64,000 nucleotides of DNA from Schmidtea polychroa. Its lineage: Eukaryota. A program made the position numbers and the translations under genes. Below are positions 28,861 through 40,800 of this stretch, in pieces (the stretch's first letter is position 1; every line of letters starts with the position of its first letter). The stretch spans positions 35,526,001 to 35,590,000 of the forward strand of contig CM097887.1 in the NCBI GenBank assembly GCA_044892525.1, in the 5' to 3' direction. The notes below the pieces were generated by a model. It was not told the DNA's origin, did not search any database, and saw only the letters and a program-made list of their open reading frames with translations.

Positions 28861-29517
28861 ATGTATAATAGTATCATGCGAGGCGAGATGATGATAACAA
28901 TGATGGTATTGATGATTCTGATGGAGAGCAAACAAATAGACGCCCAACCGAAAATCGTACGAGATTACCGAAATCAAAATCAAGAACCTAAACAAGAATC
29001 CAGTCAATGCACATACCCGATGACCGTAAAAACCCATATCATCCAAACCATTCAATCAACCCGATCACACATCAACAACATCCAAACAATGTGTAAAAAG
29101 AATCCCATTTGTAAAATGATAAACAAACAAATCCTCGAACAAATTCAACAATTCGACCAGTTGGAACAACAAATGCAACAAGAGAATTTTGGAAATCTGG
29201 TAGAAAAGCCAAAAATACCTCCCGAAATCAATGACACCCATTATCTCATATATGTGGTGATCGCAGAAACCCTCCTCCTATGTCTACCAATATTCATGAA
29301 AATTTACGAAGTTCGAAATAGATGTAGAGTCTCGACATCAATAAGAGTAACCTCGAACCAAAATCCTCAAGAAGTGCCCCTGACAAATCTTAACCGACCT
29401 CGAACCCCGAGTAATCAACCAATCCAGCCGAAATCTAATAGTCAGACCTATCTCAACATCAATACCCAAACCAACCAACAGCCGCCAGCAGAAGCATCAA
29501 TGGTTAACAGTTCATAA
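28861..29517 (+). CDS. 218-aa putative type I membrane protein (signal peptide, helical Cys-containing ectodomain, TM, Q/N/P-rich tail)
   Basis: MMITMMVLMILMES..IDA signal-like segment; TM YLIYVVIAETLLLCLPIFM; AATAAA at 29624. Confidence 0.7.
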   Translation: MYNSIMRGEMMITMMVLMILMESKQIDAQPKIVRDYRNQNQEPKQESSQCTYPMTVKTHIIQTIQSTRSHINNIQTMCKKNPICKMINKQILEQIQQFDQLEQQMQQENFGNLVEKPKIPPEINDTHYLIYVVIAETLLLCLPIFMKIYEVRNRCRVSTSIRVTSNQNPQEVPLTNLNRPRTPSNQPIQPKSNSQTYLNINTQTNQQPPAEASMVNSS

Positions 29518-29742
29518 ACTCTAATTCAAACATTTGTGTTATTATATGTGGAAACTTTTATTGTATGTATAAACTATCACCTTAAGTGATACTTGCTTGG
29601 TCTTGCTTTGACCTTGATCTTACAATAAAATTTTTATCATTGTTGTATAATTTTCCGTGTTAGTGTTATATTTTTTTTGAATGAATGAATTAAGTTAATT
29701 ATGCAATTGCGGGACGCAATTTTGATGGGTCCCCGAGTGATT

Positions 29743-32700
29743 TGTTGGGCTGAGTCGAAAATTTAATCGTTGAAAAATAGGAAAGTAAGGAAGTAGAACA
29801 TTAAGAAAAATAATAATAAAATAAATAAAATCAGAAATAAAATAGAATAAGATATAAGGAAAATAATAAGTAAGACATAAGAATTAAAACAAAAAATAAA
29901 ATTAAGAAAAGATTAAAATAGAACAAGTTGACAAATAAATAAAGAGGAATTCAAGAAATAATAAGGAAATTAAGGAAATAAATAGAAAAACATATTAAAA
30001 ATAAAGAAAATAAGGAAAAAACAACCTAAAAACAAGAAAATTATATTAAATTAATAGAAATAAGCGGTACTCAACTCTGATTGGTCCGCACAAATAAGAA
30101 TTTGATATATATACAACTACCAAAAACATTAAATTTACTGTTAACCCCGAGCATTTCATAGGTAAGAAAAATGTTTACTGTTGTTTACTGTTAACCCCGA
30201 GCATTTCATAGACATCTACAACTCACGGAGACTTATTTCAAGGATCAGCAATACAAGTAGAGCAACAGTTAATTCGAAAAACTTCACAGCAATTCGAACT
30301 CAGTCACAGCAATCGACATTCGACGAACTATCATCAGACTAATTTGGAACGACTAACGTTAATTTTCCGATTCAGCCTAATTCCATAGTAAGGGATTTTT
30401 ATTTATGATATTGTTTTTCGAAGTTAATAGTAAATATGTATATTTAATGAGCAATTAAACTTTTAAATTTAACCAGACTCTCTTTTCATTTGGTCCTGAA
30501 TAACGATTTTGATAAAGTAAATAATTTAAATGTTTAAAAGTATTTATTGGTAACAGGTGAACTCTTACATAATTTTTATGGATATTTATTTTGAAGTGAT
30601 AGTTTTATGATTTCTAATATTAACGAGAAACGTGGCGTTGAGATACTCCATGTCATGGTGTGAGGTGCCTTCGGGAGCTCAGCCGGTGGACATGGAGTAT
30701 TTCAATCACGCAGCTAGATTGGGCCGAAATGTGAAGGCTTCTTCACGGGTCCAATTGCTGAAGGACTTAAAATCTGTCGGAGTACCGAAATATAGACCGA
30801 AAGGAAACCTTCTGAAATTTTCGAAAATAGGATATGTGCTTCACAGCGACTGAGGGAGTTCTCATATTAACTCTGTATTGTCCAGAGTCGTCTTACAAGA
30901 CATTCATGCCACTTCTGTCTATAAATCCGAACTTACCATGTGGGGGAAAATACCATTAAACATCCATCGCTGGCTTTTCTAACATATCGAGAAGTTGAAA
31001 TTGCATTCGGTAGATTTTTGAAAAAGTAACTCTAATTTAGGTCATCTCTTTCAGATGCGACATTCAAATCCTAGCATATGATGAGGAATTTACAATAAGG
31101 GAAAAATAAAACATAAAACCACAATAATACTGTATTCAATCACATATATTAACAAAATCTGGTAATACCCATTGAATAATTTTCATGCTGTTGCGTCGAA
31201 ATATCCACTACTGAAATATGCTTCATAGAGTCTAGTTGGCTGGTTCGTAGAGATCTTCCATCGTTCAAAAGCATCCAATATTGAGGAAATTACGAGTCGT
31301 AGTAAATAAATCCAACATCATAAGCTCAGATGGGAATCGACACGCGATGTAACATTTGCAGTTCGCTCAGTACGGTTGATAGTTACAGATAAAATTTCCA
31401 TCGAATAGGCACCCATACATACAGACATACTGCTAACATAACTATGAGTAGCGTCATCCGGTCAGAAATATGCATGAGAAACAGCAGAATCATTCCGAAT
31501 GCCTCTCACCGCAGGGAATGCCGCCATGTGTCACCCTCTCTAGGATTCTTAGTGTGTGAGTAGTAATCAGTGGTCCTATTAGATAATGCTGACATGAGAT
31601 GTGACTTCCAGATGACTGACTCTTAAATTTCACTACTGATAAAGGCCATTCGTACCACTAAAAAGATAAGCCAAATAACCAGTAACCGACTACTAAGATA
31701 AGGGACTCTCTAAAGTGCACTCATTAAAGATAATTTTGCTTAAATTAAATATTCTAAATAAAAATCGAAATTGTTGAAGGGGTATTTTAATTAATAATCG
31801 AAAATTCAAACCAAACTTTATAACTAAACCATAGGAAGTTTTACCTAAGTGTTGTAGAGGTTTATCGTAATTCTAATTAGATGTTACAAATAATAGTAGT
31901 AGCCTTCGAGCCAAATTTAAATTAACTAAAGTATCTACAGGAATTTTTGGGTTATAAAATAGCTAGTAATATTGTAGTTAAATTTCTCATATTCCCTGTA
32001 AATGACGTATTGTAATAGAAAACTAAATCCGATAACAAATTATTATGTAATTACAATATTTTTACGATGCTATATTTCTACGACGATATCACCGTATGGT
32101 ATGGATAAGGGGTAATCCTAAAATAGTGACGTATAGTTTATACGAAATTACGAGTCGTTACTTATTCCGCTACTTGAAGTGAGGGTGCAAGTTTTTACTA
32201 GTTGCATTTGGTCCAAAAACCTTATTTTGCATTAGAATAACAACAAATAATCAGCGAAATTTAAACGAAGTGTAGTATAGTGTATTTGTAATGAAATAGG
32301 TTTATTCACTCCGGCATGAACCAATCCGTCAATTGCCGTTATGTGCGATAGATAGAAATCCAACTCGAACGCGACAGACGAAAATTAAAATTTTTACAAA
32401 TAATTTGCATTCGTCAGGGAAGCAATCAGGGCGTTGAGGAATAATTTTTGTAAAGGATACGTAAAATATTAGTAATCAAGGGTGAAGGGAAGGACCCTGT
32501 TTCATCGACTCGTCTTGTTTTCTTCCAGTACTAAGTATCCAATAGCGAATAAACCGTATATCTGATCCGAAATTTTTGGATATAGTCATCATAGTTTTCT
32601 TCTTTAGCCATCCATATGTTATCAAACCACAAATCAGCTCTACGTCCCTGCTTCTCCTGCTCAGATAAAAATGCAGTGATTACAGATCTCCAAGCCCAGA

Positions 32701-33902
32701 TCGGTCGATATAAACGAAAAATCGACGAGCTGGAAGGGACATGGTTTAGTCCCGCTCGGATGAAGGAGATCCAAAAGAAGCTCGATCGCAGCGAGCATTG
32801 CCGGGACGCGCTAATATCTGAGAGCCGTGCCCAAAGAAGTCTAATCAGAGAACAATCCGAGGCACTGCATAAGGTTTACGTGCAGGCGGCTACAACCCGA
32901 AAAATTGTGCAGATTCCCATCCGAGAGGCCGATGACATCTTTCCGCCTCATCACAACCTTTCCTCGAATCCATCTCCACCGTTCAAGAGACCGTGCCGAG
33001 ACTGCGTCGAAACCGAATTTTCCCCCAAGCGACCAGATGTTGTCGTCACGGGTACCAGTAAGCCCCCCACTGCTAGTCCATCTGTACCTGTCACCCTTCT
33101 GCAAGTGGCATCTTCAAGCAAACCCAAGCGCAAACAACTCTCTCGTGCAGAGCGCAAGAAGAGACAGCGCGAACGCGCCACTACAAAGCCAAACATCCCA
33201 TCAATAGAGGGTTCAACCAACGGTGGTAACTCTCACGTGTCCATCGACCTAACAACGGGACCCTCAGCACGAATCGTATCAGCCGCTGGCGTAACGTGGG
33301 AAGAGAACGCTTCCGAGTTTTTTAACCTCGACGAATTATTCGCCGACGCTGAATGGGAGAAACAATAGAACCCCAGTGGCGGTCAGGATGAAGAACAAGG
33401 ATCCGATCTATGTTGATTATGATGTTTTCTCTTCTTTCGACAAACATTAGTAAAGTGTACAGCTGAATCCTTGTGTCATAACGTTGAAATTAATAAATCT
33501 TGTTGTCTTGCACGTTTTCGTTCATGAATAATTAGACTTTAATTAAGTGGGTTGAGTAGAGAACCCGCCAGATCTAGTGAGAAATTCCCAATTTGTATTC
33601 AGCGAATCCTGATAAGTGGTTGTGTAAGGAAATGGACGTAAGCCCTTCTAACGGCAGTCGTGAATGGGAAGTCGAGGCCTCAGCAAGGAGTAGTTTTAAG
33701 GCAGAAGCTCACCTGCTTGCTGGCGTCTCGCCTGCATAGTGCAGTACCAACGTGAAGTGATTCACGGGCACTATGTTGGAAGAAAGTTATGTGGGGTTTC
33801 ACTCCAGGTTGACAAATCGGTGGCACCTTTTATTCGAGATGGACAATCAACCCTTAGACCCGTCAACATGGTAGAGTGGTCAGCCGAGGTGTAACCCCAA
33901 CA
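29743..33902 (+). repeat. 3' LTR (4,160 bp)
   Basis: Direct repeat of 3224-7383; followed by TSD ATAG. Confidence 0.97.
32616..33368 (+). CDS. Second copy of the LTR-encoded 250-aa protein
   Basis: Identical translation to 6097-6849. Confidence 0.7.
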   Translation: MLSNHKSALRPCFSCSDKNAVITDLQAQIGRYKRKIDELEGTWFSPARMKEIQKKLDRSEHCRDALISESRAQRSLIREQSEALHKVYVQAATTRKIVQIPIREADDIFPPHHNLSSNPSPPFKRPCRDCVETEFSPKRPDVVVTGTSKPPTASPSVPVTLLQVASSSKPKRKQLSRAERKKRQRERATTKPNIPSIEGSTNGGNSHVSIDLTTGPSARIVSAAGVTWEENASEFFNLDELFADAEWEKQ

Positions 33903-35915
33903 ATAGATACATACCGGAAGTAAGCAAATTTGAATTATTGACGATAAGGAGAAATAGGAATGGAAATAAGAAAGACTTCCACAAAATATCATCAAAAATT
34001 GAATTAAGAATGACAATTTTAACATAAATGAACAGAAAACTAGAATATTATATAAAAATGACGAAATCTATCATGCCCACCAAGTAGCTAGTTGAAATTA
34101 ACTAAAAGGTAAAAAATTAAGAATTAAATTAGGAAAAATTAACATGAAATAACATAAGAATTAAAATAAATAGGAATTAAATCACTAAAATAGCATAGAA
34201 TATTCTAGAAAGCGCCCATATCCATCATGGCAGCGAAATCGATTAAAAATAAAATATAAAAATTAGAAAATAAAATAAATAATAAGTTACAAAAATCGCC
34301 ATCAAAATTGATTAAATTCAAAAGTATTAAAATTAAAAGAATTAAAATTTGTTTTACTGAATCAATAAAATCAAACATACTCGCAAGCCAAAATTAGAGT
34401 ATATATACCGACGCATTTCAGTCACATTTAAAAATTTTTGTGAATTTCAGTTACGATTGAGCACATTAACCGTTACCAAAGAATTTTTGGAAAGTAAGTA
34501 TTTATTTTGATTGTTTTAATGTAATATGAAATAAACGATACAACCTGAATTTTTTTGAGTTTCGGCTTTATGTTTCTTTTCTAAAATGGAAATCATTTTC
34601 TCAGCCTGATATCGCGTATTTTTTTCGGTCCACAGCCACTTCACAAGTAATTTACATGATACGTTCTGTTTATCTGGAGTAGTTTTACTGGCCGTTTACC
34701 AGTATACTTCCTGTGATCCGTGTGGACGATGAATAGTAACTGGCGTTGTCTACATTGGTTGCGCCTAAGTAGCTCCGTGCAATGCTGGCAACAGGTAATC
34801 CCAGTATCGCGTAATACCACGGCGGTTAAAATCTGCATAGGTTGATCAGTCACTACTACAATTTTGTAGTTTGTTTGTGGTTCACAGGTCTCAATATACA
34901 ACATTAAGCGTTCATCACACTAGAGTCCAGTGAGTCGTGTGGGATGAAAAATCTTTCGATTCCGTAATGTAATCAACTTTTAGTGCATAACGAACACACC
35001 CAAAAAATCTCCACATTAAAAATATAGTTATTCCATTCTTGTCACGTTCCAGTAACCACAAAAACCACACAAATTATCACAGAATGCTACACCGATCAGA
35101 GTTAAGCCAATACTGAAGAATATAATGTATGAATCATGAATTTGGGATATAGTAATTTTTATAATAATAATGATTTTTATATGAATTTCTGATTGGCTAA
35201 AGGAAGTTAACAAAATTTAACAATACAATTATAAATTTACATTTGCATACTTCTGTAATTAAATGTTAATATCAGTAAGTGCCATTAGATTGTCAACAAT
35301 AAAAGGAAACACAAATTGAATAAAAAGATAGAATTTGAAAAAAAATGGGCACCCAGTTAAGAAAGGCGACAGAAGTGAAAATAGAATTAAAATGAAACGC
35401 AAAGTGATGTACGGAATATACCGATCATTGAAACCAGAAACAGTTCTAATTCAAATATTTTCAAATTATCACTATACATTTAGAATCCTTAACTCGTTCT
35501 GTTTCCTGTCTGAATTTTAGTAACGCTGCTACTGAAATATAAATCATTTTTCATGCTTATCCCAAATACTAAAGTCAAATGTAAAATCCCGCCTTAGGAC
35601 GGTCAAAAATAAAATTCTTACTTCATTTTTAATAATTATTGCTTCCTAATTTGGTTTATAGTTCAAGCCAATAAACGGAAAGTAACACTAAAACATTATA
35701 ATTTTATTAGTAACTTGAAAATAAGCCCCTGAAATGGCAACTAAGTTATTAAACATTACATCAAATTTGAAAATAGAAAACTTAAAAACTAAAAATCACT
35801 GTCCTGGGAAAACAAGATTCAATTAGTCGAAGTGGTCGTAACGCTTGCCAAATCCTCCCAAGTTAGTGTTGGTGGTCTGTTAATAAATAAAAGGAAATTT
35901 TACATTTTAAAAATT

Positions 35916-36572
35916 CTACTTGATTTGATAATTTATTAAATTGGATTTCGGGTCACAGATTTTCGATAAGCTTGGATTTTCACAGGTCTTGGAAGCAAAA
36001 CTGTTATTAATAATGTAGCTATTTTGGCTATTTGTAACCTCTGGCGAATCTGGACAGTCGACATTGATATTTATACCGCTATTGGACGAATTGGTTGAAT
36101 TTAAACTGCAATTGACCAATCTGTTCGTCGAAGTGTTATTCAAAAATCCAAACATGCTTGAAGGTAATTGAGCAAATTCAGAATCATTTGCCTGGAGGAT
36201 TTGAGTGTTCGTTAATTGGTTGGTATAAGCATTGTTAAAACTGTAGAAGGAGTTGTTCGATGTTGCTAGAGAATGATTTAGTAACTGGGAAACATTGGGT
36301 TGTTGCGACTGATATTGCGTATGAAGCCCTACTATGGTATTCGGGGTAAAGATTTGGGGATCTGAATTCGATGAGAATAGTTGATTTTGTATTGGAAACT
36401 GATTTGTCGAACTATTGCCTTGAAATACGACATTTATTTCTGGTGTAATAGGCCATGCTCGATGAGTTTGTTGAAATTTATAACGATTTTTGGAATGATG
36501 TTGTTGAAGTTTCAGTTGCATAGAAATGGTCTGCTGAATTTCCTCTTTAAAATATTTAAATTTAAATTTCAT
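35916..36572 (-). other. 218-codon Q/N/S-rich open frame, possible host exon
   Basis: Long ORF for such AT-rich DNA, but low-complexity and with no recognisable domain. Confidence 0.3.
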
Positions 36573-38279
36573 TAAGAAATTTCAAAAATATTTGTATTCT
36601 AAATTTATTTTGTATTATGAATAATGTTCGGCAGAAGACCAGTAATTAAAAATATAATAAAAAGTATCAGCATCACTGTAGCATAGTAGCAGAGATAGAT
36701 TGTTGCAATAATAATTCTTGTGGTCAACTCATCCACCTACCCACGTCACTTTTTCAAGGAAATCACACACCCACCCTCGAGCGTGACGTAATTATGTAAT
36801 GCCCCTAAGCATATATACCGCAAAGTATATTTAAAATAATATAAAATACATTAAGTAAACATTTAATTAAGCAGACACTTAATTAAAAAATAAAACAAAA
36901 ATAATTAAAATTAATGAAAAGCAAGAAGTTGCAAAAAGAAACACATTGAAAAGCAGAAAATAAAAATAACATGCAATAATAAATAAAAATTTCTCACAAA
37001 ATCTAATTTAAATAAATTAAATAAAACTAAATTATTAATTATTAATTTTTTAATCGAATAAAATAAAATAATTAGAACTCGGCCAGCAGCTAATCAGATT
37101 ATGCCCTCACCTTATTGGACAGAGAAAAATATATATAAACTGTTCCAACAGCCATAAAAACACACTTTTTTATAACTTGTGAACTATTACTCTTAACTTT
37201 GAATCAATTTTTGGAAAGGTAAAATTTTATGATTAATATAATGTTAATTGTAAATTAATATGCGATCATGGCGTCGTTTTTCTCATAATAAAATTTTGCA
37301 CGTCGATATGATTTCATTATTTTAATAAATAAATAGTTTTTGAGACAGTCCAAAATATAACAGCCAATTGATGACCAGAGGAACCTGCGGGAGCCTTATT
37401 GGTGTCTTGTCTGGGTATGGCGGGATTTGGTATTCCGATCCATTGGAAAGCTAGTGGTATATGCAGGCGGCCCTTGTGCCATGCTACGAGGTAGTTTCGA
37501 AGGGATAAAGTCGCTAAACGATAATAAGAGAACGGTCTTGAAGTTTTCTGTTCACCTGACCAGTGCAAATGGATTGACCCGTGCGGGTAGAAAACCTGGT
37601 TGACCGCCAGGTCGACCAGGCGCAGGAAACCCTATGTACGACCCCTCTCGAACATTTCCGTTCTATTGAGTGGTAGAATGAATCAAAATCGAGTAGTAAT
37701 ACAAACTAAGACAAAGAAAATCTGTCTCGGTGAACACAGTAAGCTAGAATATTTTTTTTTGTTTCAGGCCGAATCCAGCAAATTTCTTTTCAAGGTCAGA
37801 ATGTTGATAGATAGCACATCAAGGAGTATAACCACCTCAAAGAATCACATCCAAGAACATTTGTGTTAAACATTCAATGCGCAGACACACCAGTTTTGAC
37901 AAGAGTAAGGGTTAGAATAGTCGAATATGGAAGCCAAAAAAATCGTTGCCAAAGAAAAAGAGCTTTAATTGGTTTAAATCGTCCCCAATGTTGAAACCCG
38001 AAAAAATCGTCGAAAATGTAGTACAAAAAAATAGCCGACAATATTAAATCCTAAAAAATTGTTTTTCCTGTGTTCCCGATGGAATTTTAAATTGAAACTT
38101 TGCAGAGAAGTAGTCCGTCACGTTTTTACTTAGATTCCGTTGAAAAATTTACGAAAAAATATACAATTGCGGAGATACAAAAGTCTTATCTTTTATAGTA
38201 GTAGACTATCCGACAGGATATTTTGTCCCCCTAGGGGTACAGCGTCTAAGGGTATAGGTCACAAGGTATGCATCTAAGT

Positions 38280-38915
38280 TTGAATTAAAAACCACATCAA
38301 TCATTAGCAAAACTGACCATTGTCGAATTAAAGGAACTAAATTTACTGAAAATAATATCATTGAACAAATTGGAATAACTATAAATTATAATATCAAGAC
38401 AAAATTTGAACATTATTTTGAAGATGAATTATTCTTAACAACTTTATCAGAGTTGCAAGAGTATTTAATGACAATTAACCCATCTCCATTTAAAGAAATA
38501 AATCTTCAAAATCAAGAATTGGTAAAAATAACATTTGTAGATGATATTTCAAATATTACCTTCATCAAAAATTAATAAAAACTTTAGGACTAAAGAATCA
38601 AACTTATATTGAAAAGGACTTTGTAGGTGTGAAAATTCCAAAAATATTTAAAATTCATCAACAAATGTGTATTTATTCAAATATCATTGAACCAATAAAT
38701 GTTGGCGATGTAAGAGTTCATCTATTAAAATCGATATGGATTAAAAGATATGAACAGAGTGAGGTAGTACAGTCAGAAATAAAGAACCCAATGTACCTTC
38801 CAATTTCATCTTCATCTATAAACAACATCAAAATTAATATTCGTAACGATAGTTAAAAATTAATTCAATTTTCAAAAGACACCAAAACACATTTGACACT
38901 ACATTTTCGTAAAAT
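38280..38915 (+). pseudogene. Polinton/adintovirus-like minor capsid (penton) relic
   Basis: IYSNIIEPINVGDVRVHLLKSI..KNPMYLPISSSSINNIKINIRND..LTLHFRK resembles the penton C-terminal pattern (YxDxxEPxxVGD..LL..YxP..IxIxD..LHFR); stops present. Confidence 0.7.
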
Positions 38916-38917
38916 AA

Positions 38918-39290
38918 ATGAATAATCCTGATATTGTTATCTTTTATAAAAATAGTCAATCTGGCGAAGATTTACCATATTTCGTTGGTAAACAATATGG
39001 GACAGGTTTATTAAAAAAATAGGTCGATTTACTTTACCAATTCTTAGACGCATAGGTAATTTTGGTATGAAAATTGCACATGATGTAATAAATAACAATT
39101 CCAAATTTCTACTTGCTTTAAAATCAAATATTTTATCTGAAATTAAACATTCACTGCCTGATGTATTAATAATGTAATTAATAATGTAATTAATAATGTA
39201 TCTGATGTTTTTAATAAGCAAGAGAATGAACAAAAAGGTGGAATGATTAAACGCAGAAAAAATTTAAAGAAACATATAAACAAAAGAATG
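38918..39290 (+). pseudogene. Polinton/adintovirus core (pVII-like) protein relic
   Basis: FYKNSQSGEDLPYFVGKQYGTGL resembles the YxxQxG..LPxFxG..QxGxG motif of the ORF between penton and hexon; disrupted. Confidence 0.5.
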
Positions 39291-39316
39291 AAAGGCTTTG
39301 GAACTTTATTCGAAAA

Positions 39317-40500
39317 ATGATTAGCGTAAAATCTGAATTATGTATTTTTGAAAGACCATCACCTCAAGCAGTAATCGAACATGGTTCATTTGAAGATATT
39401 TATCAAACAAATTCAATTACTGATGCCGGTACCTCTTCAATTCAATTTTACATTAATGGATCTCAAACCGAATATTTAGATTTGAATGATACTTTACTTT
39501 ATCTTCAATTGAAAATTGTAAATAATATAGGTGAAAATATTTCTGATGATTCTGTTGTAACTGCAAACAATTTCTTTTTCCAAACTCTTTTTAAAGAAGC
39601 TGAATAAATTTTTAATTCTATTAAAGTTGAAGGAGGAAATGATACATTTGCTCGTAAAGCATTAATCGAAACCATATTAAATTACAATCGTGATACAAAA
39701 CGTACATGTTTAGAAAAGGTATGGTTACAGTGAAGATGATAATATTAGAAAAACGTTGATTTCATTATGTTCACCAATACAATTTGATTTTATGAATCAA
39801 CCAAAATATTTATTACTTGGTGTTAGTGTCCAAATTAAATTGACGAGATCAAGTCCATCACATAATTTAACATACACAAAAATGGAACCTAAAATTGAAT
39901 TATTAGATGCAAAATTAATGGTAAGAAGAATTCGAGAAGAATTCTTGGACTTGCTTCAAGAAATGCAATTTATCCTATGATAAGCAAGGAAGTTGTCGAA
40001 TTTTCGTTATCTACTGGATCTTCTTCCTTTTATAAGGAACAAATCTTAAGTGATCAACGATTACCAAATTTTATTCTTGTAACATTTCAAAGAAATAAAA
40101 GAAATAATGGATCACTAACAAATTCTTATTCAATGTACGACCACAATAATATAAAATCAATAACTTTATTGAAAGGAAGTGACTATCGTGAAAAATATAG
40201 TCAATATTTTGAAAATGATAATTATAGTACAAGTTATATGCAGTCAATAATTAGAAACATGGGTTACCTTAATAAGAATATTAATTGTGGAATCAGTATG
40301 TCTGACTTTAAAAATAAGTATCCATTCTTTACATTTGTATTGGCTCCTGACTTTGATCTTAATCAAAGTCAATTACCACAACAAGGAAATTTAATACTTG
40401 ATATTAAATTTGGAACACCACTAACTGAATCAATTTCTGTAAATCTATGGAGTTTTTGAAAGAGATTCAAATTACATCCAATCGTACAGTGCTAGTGTAA
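39317..40500 (+). pseudogene. Polinton/adintovirus major capsid (hexon-like double jelly roll) relic
   Basis: KSELCIFERPSPQAVIEHG..IQFYINGSQTEYLDLNDTLLYLQLKIV..FDFMNQPKYLL.GVSVQIKLTRS..LPNFILVTF..FTFVLAPDF..GNLILDIKFGTPL, with stops and frameshifts. Confidence 0.82.
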
Positions 40501-40607
40501 ATAAAGTTTGAAAATTATTGGCTTGAACTATAAACCAAATTAGGAAACAATAATTATTAAAAATGAAGTAAGAATTTTATTTTTAATTAATTTAATTTAT
40601 TGATTAT

Positions 40608-40800
40608 AGTTCTATTCAGATTGAATATATAGTTCAAAGATTATTCGGAGCTGAATTTCTTGGAGTTTTTCCATTAGATAAAATACCATATATTGATTTA
40701 AACAAGGCTTTAATTGTAAATACTCAATCTTGTAATCTCAAGGGAGAACATTGGCTCGCAGTTTATGTGAAACTGGAAAAAATATATGCATTTTGTAGTG
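40608..40800 (+). pseudogene. Adenain-like cysteine protease N-terminal relic
   Basis: FLGVFPLDKIP..LIVNTQSCNLKGEHWLAVY (His motif GxHW); truncated. Confidence 0.75.

Larger units (their letters stand above)
3224..33902 (+). mobile_element. Full-length giant Ty3/gypsy LTR retroelement (Burro-like), 30,679 bp, with env-like gene
   Basis: Two 4,160-bp direct LTRs, ends TGTTGGG...CCCAACA, TSD ATAG at 3220-3223 and 33903-33906, PBS after the 5' LTR, and gag/PR/RT/RH/IN in gypsy order. Confidence 0.97.

Noticed and set aside
10289-29055. Dozens of minus-strand hydrophobic ORFs (F/L/S/I-rich) inside the element
   Set aside because: Antisense shadows of A-rich sense-strand coding sequence, with no domains
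3224-33902. The 4.16-kb duplication as an assembly artefact or segmental duplication
   Set aside because: TG..CA ends, 4-bp TSD, PBS and two substitutions between the copies identify true LTRs
33771-34025. 84-aa ORF spanning the right LTR junction as a new chimeric gene
   Set aside because: Chance fusion of flank and LTR end; the reconstructed empty-site frame also stops soon
37317-37870. GC-richer island with short ORFs
   Set aside because: No recognisable domain or termini; probably a fragment of an unidentified repeat
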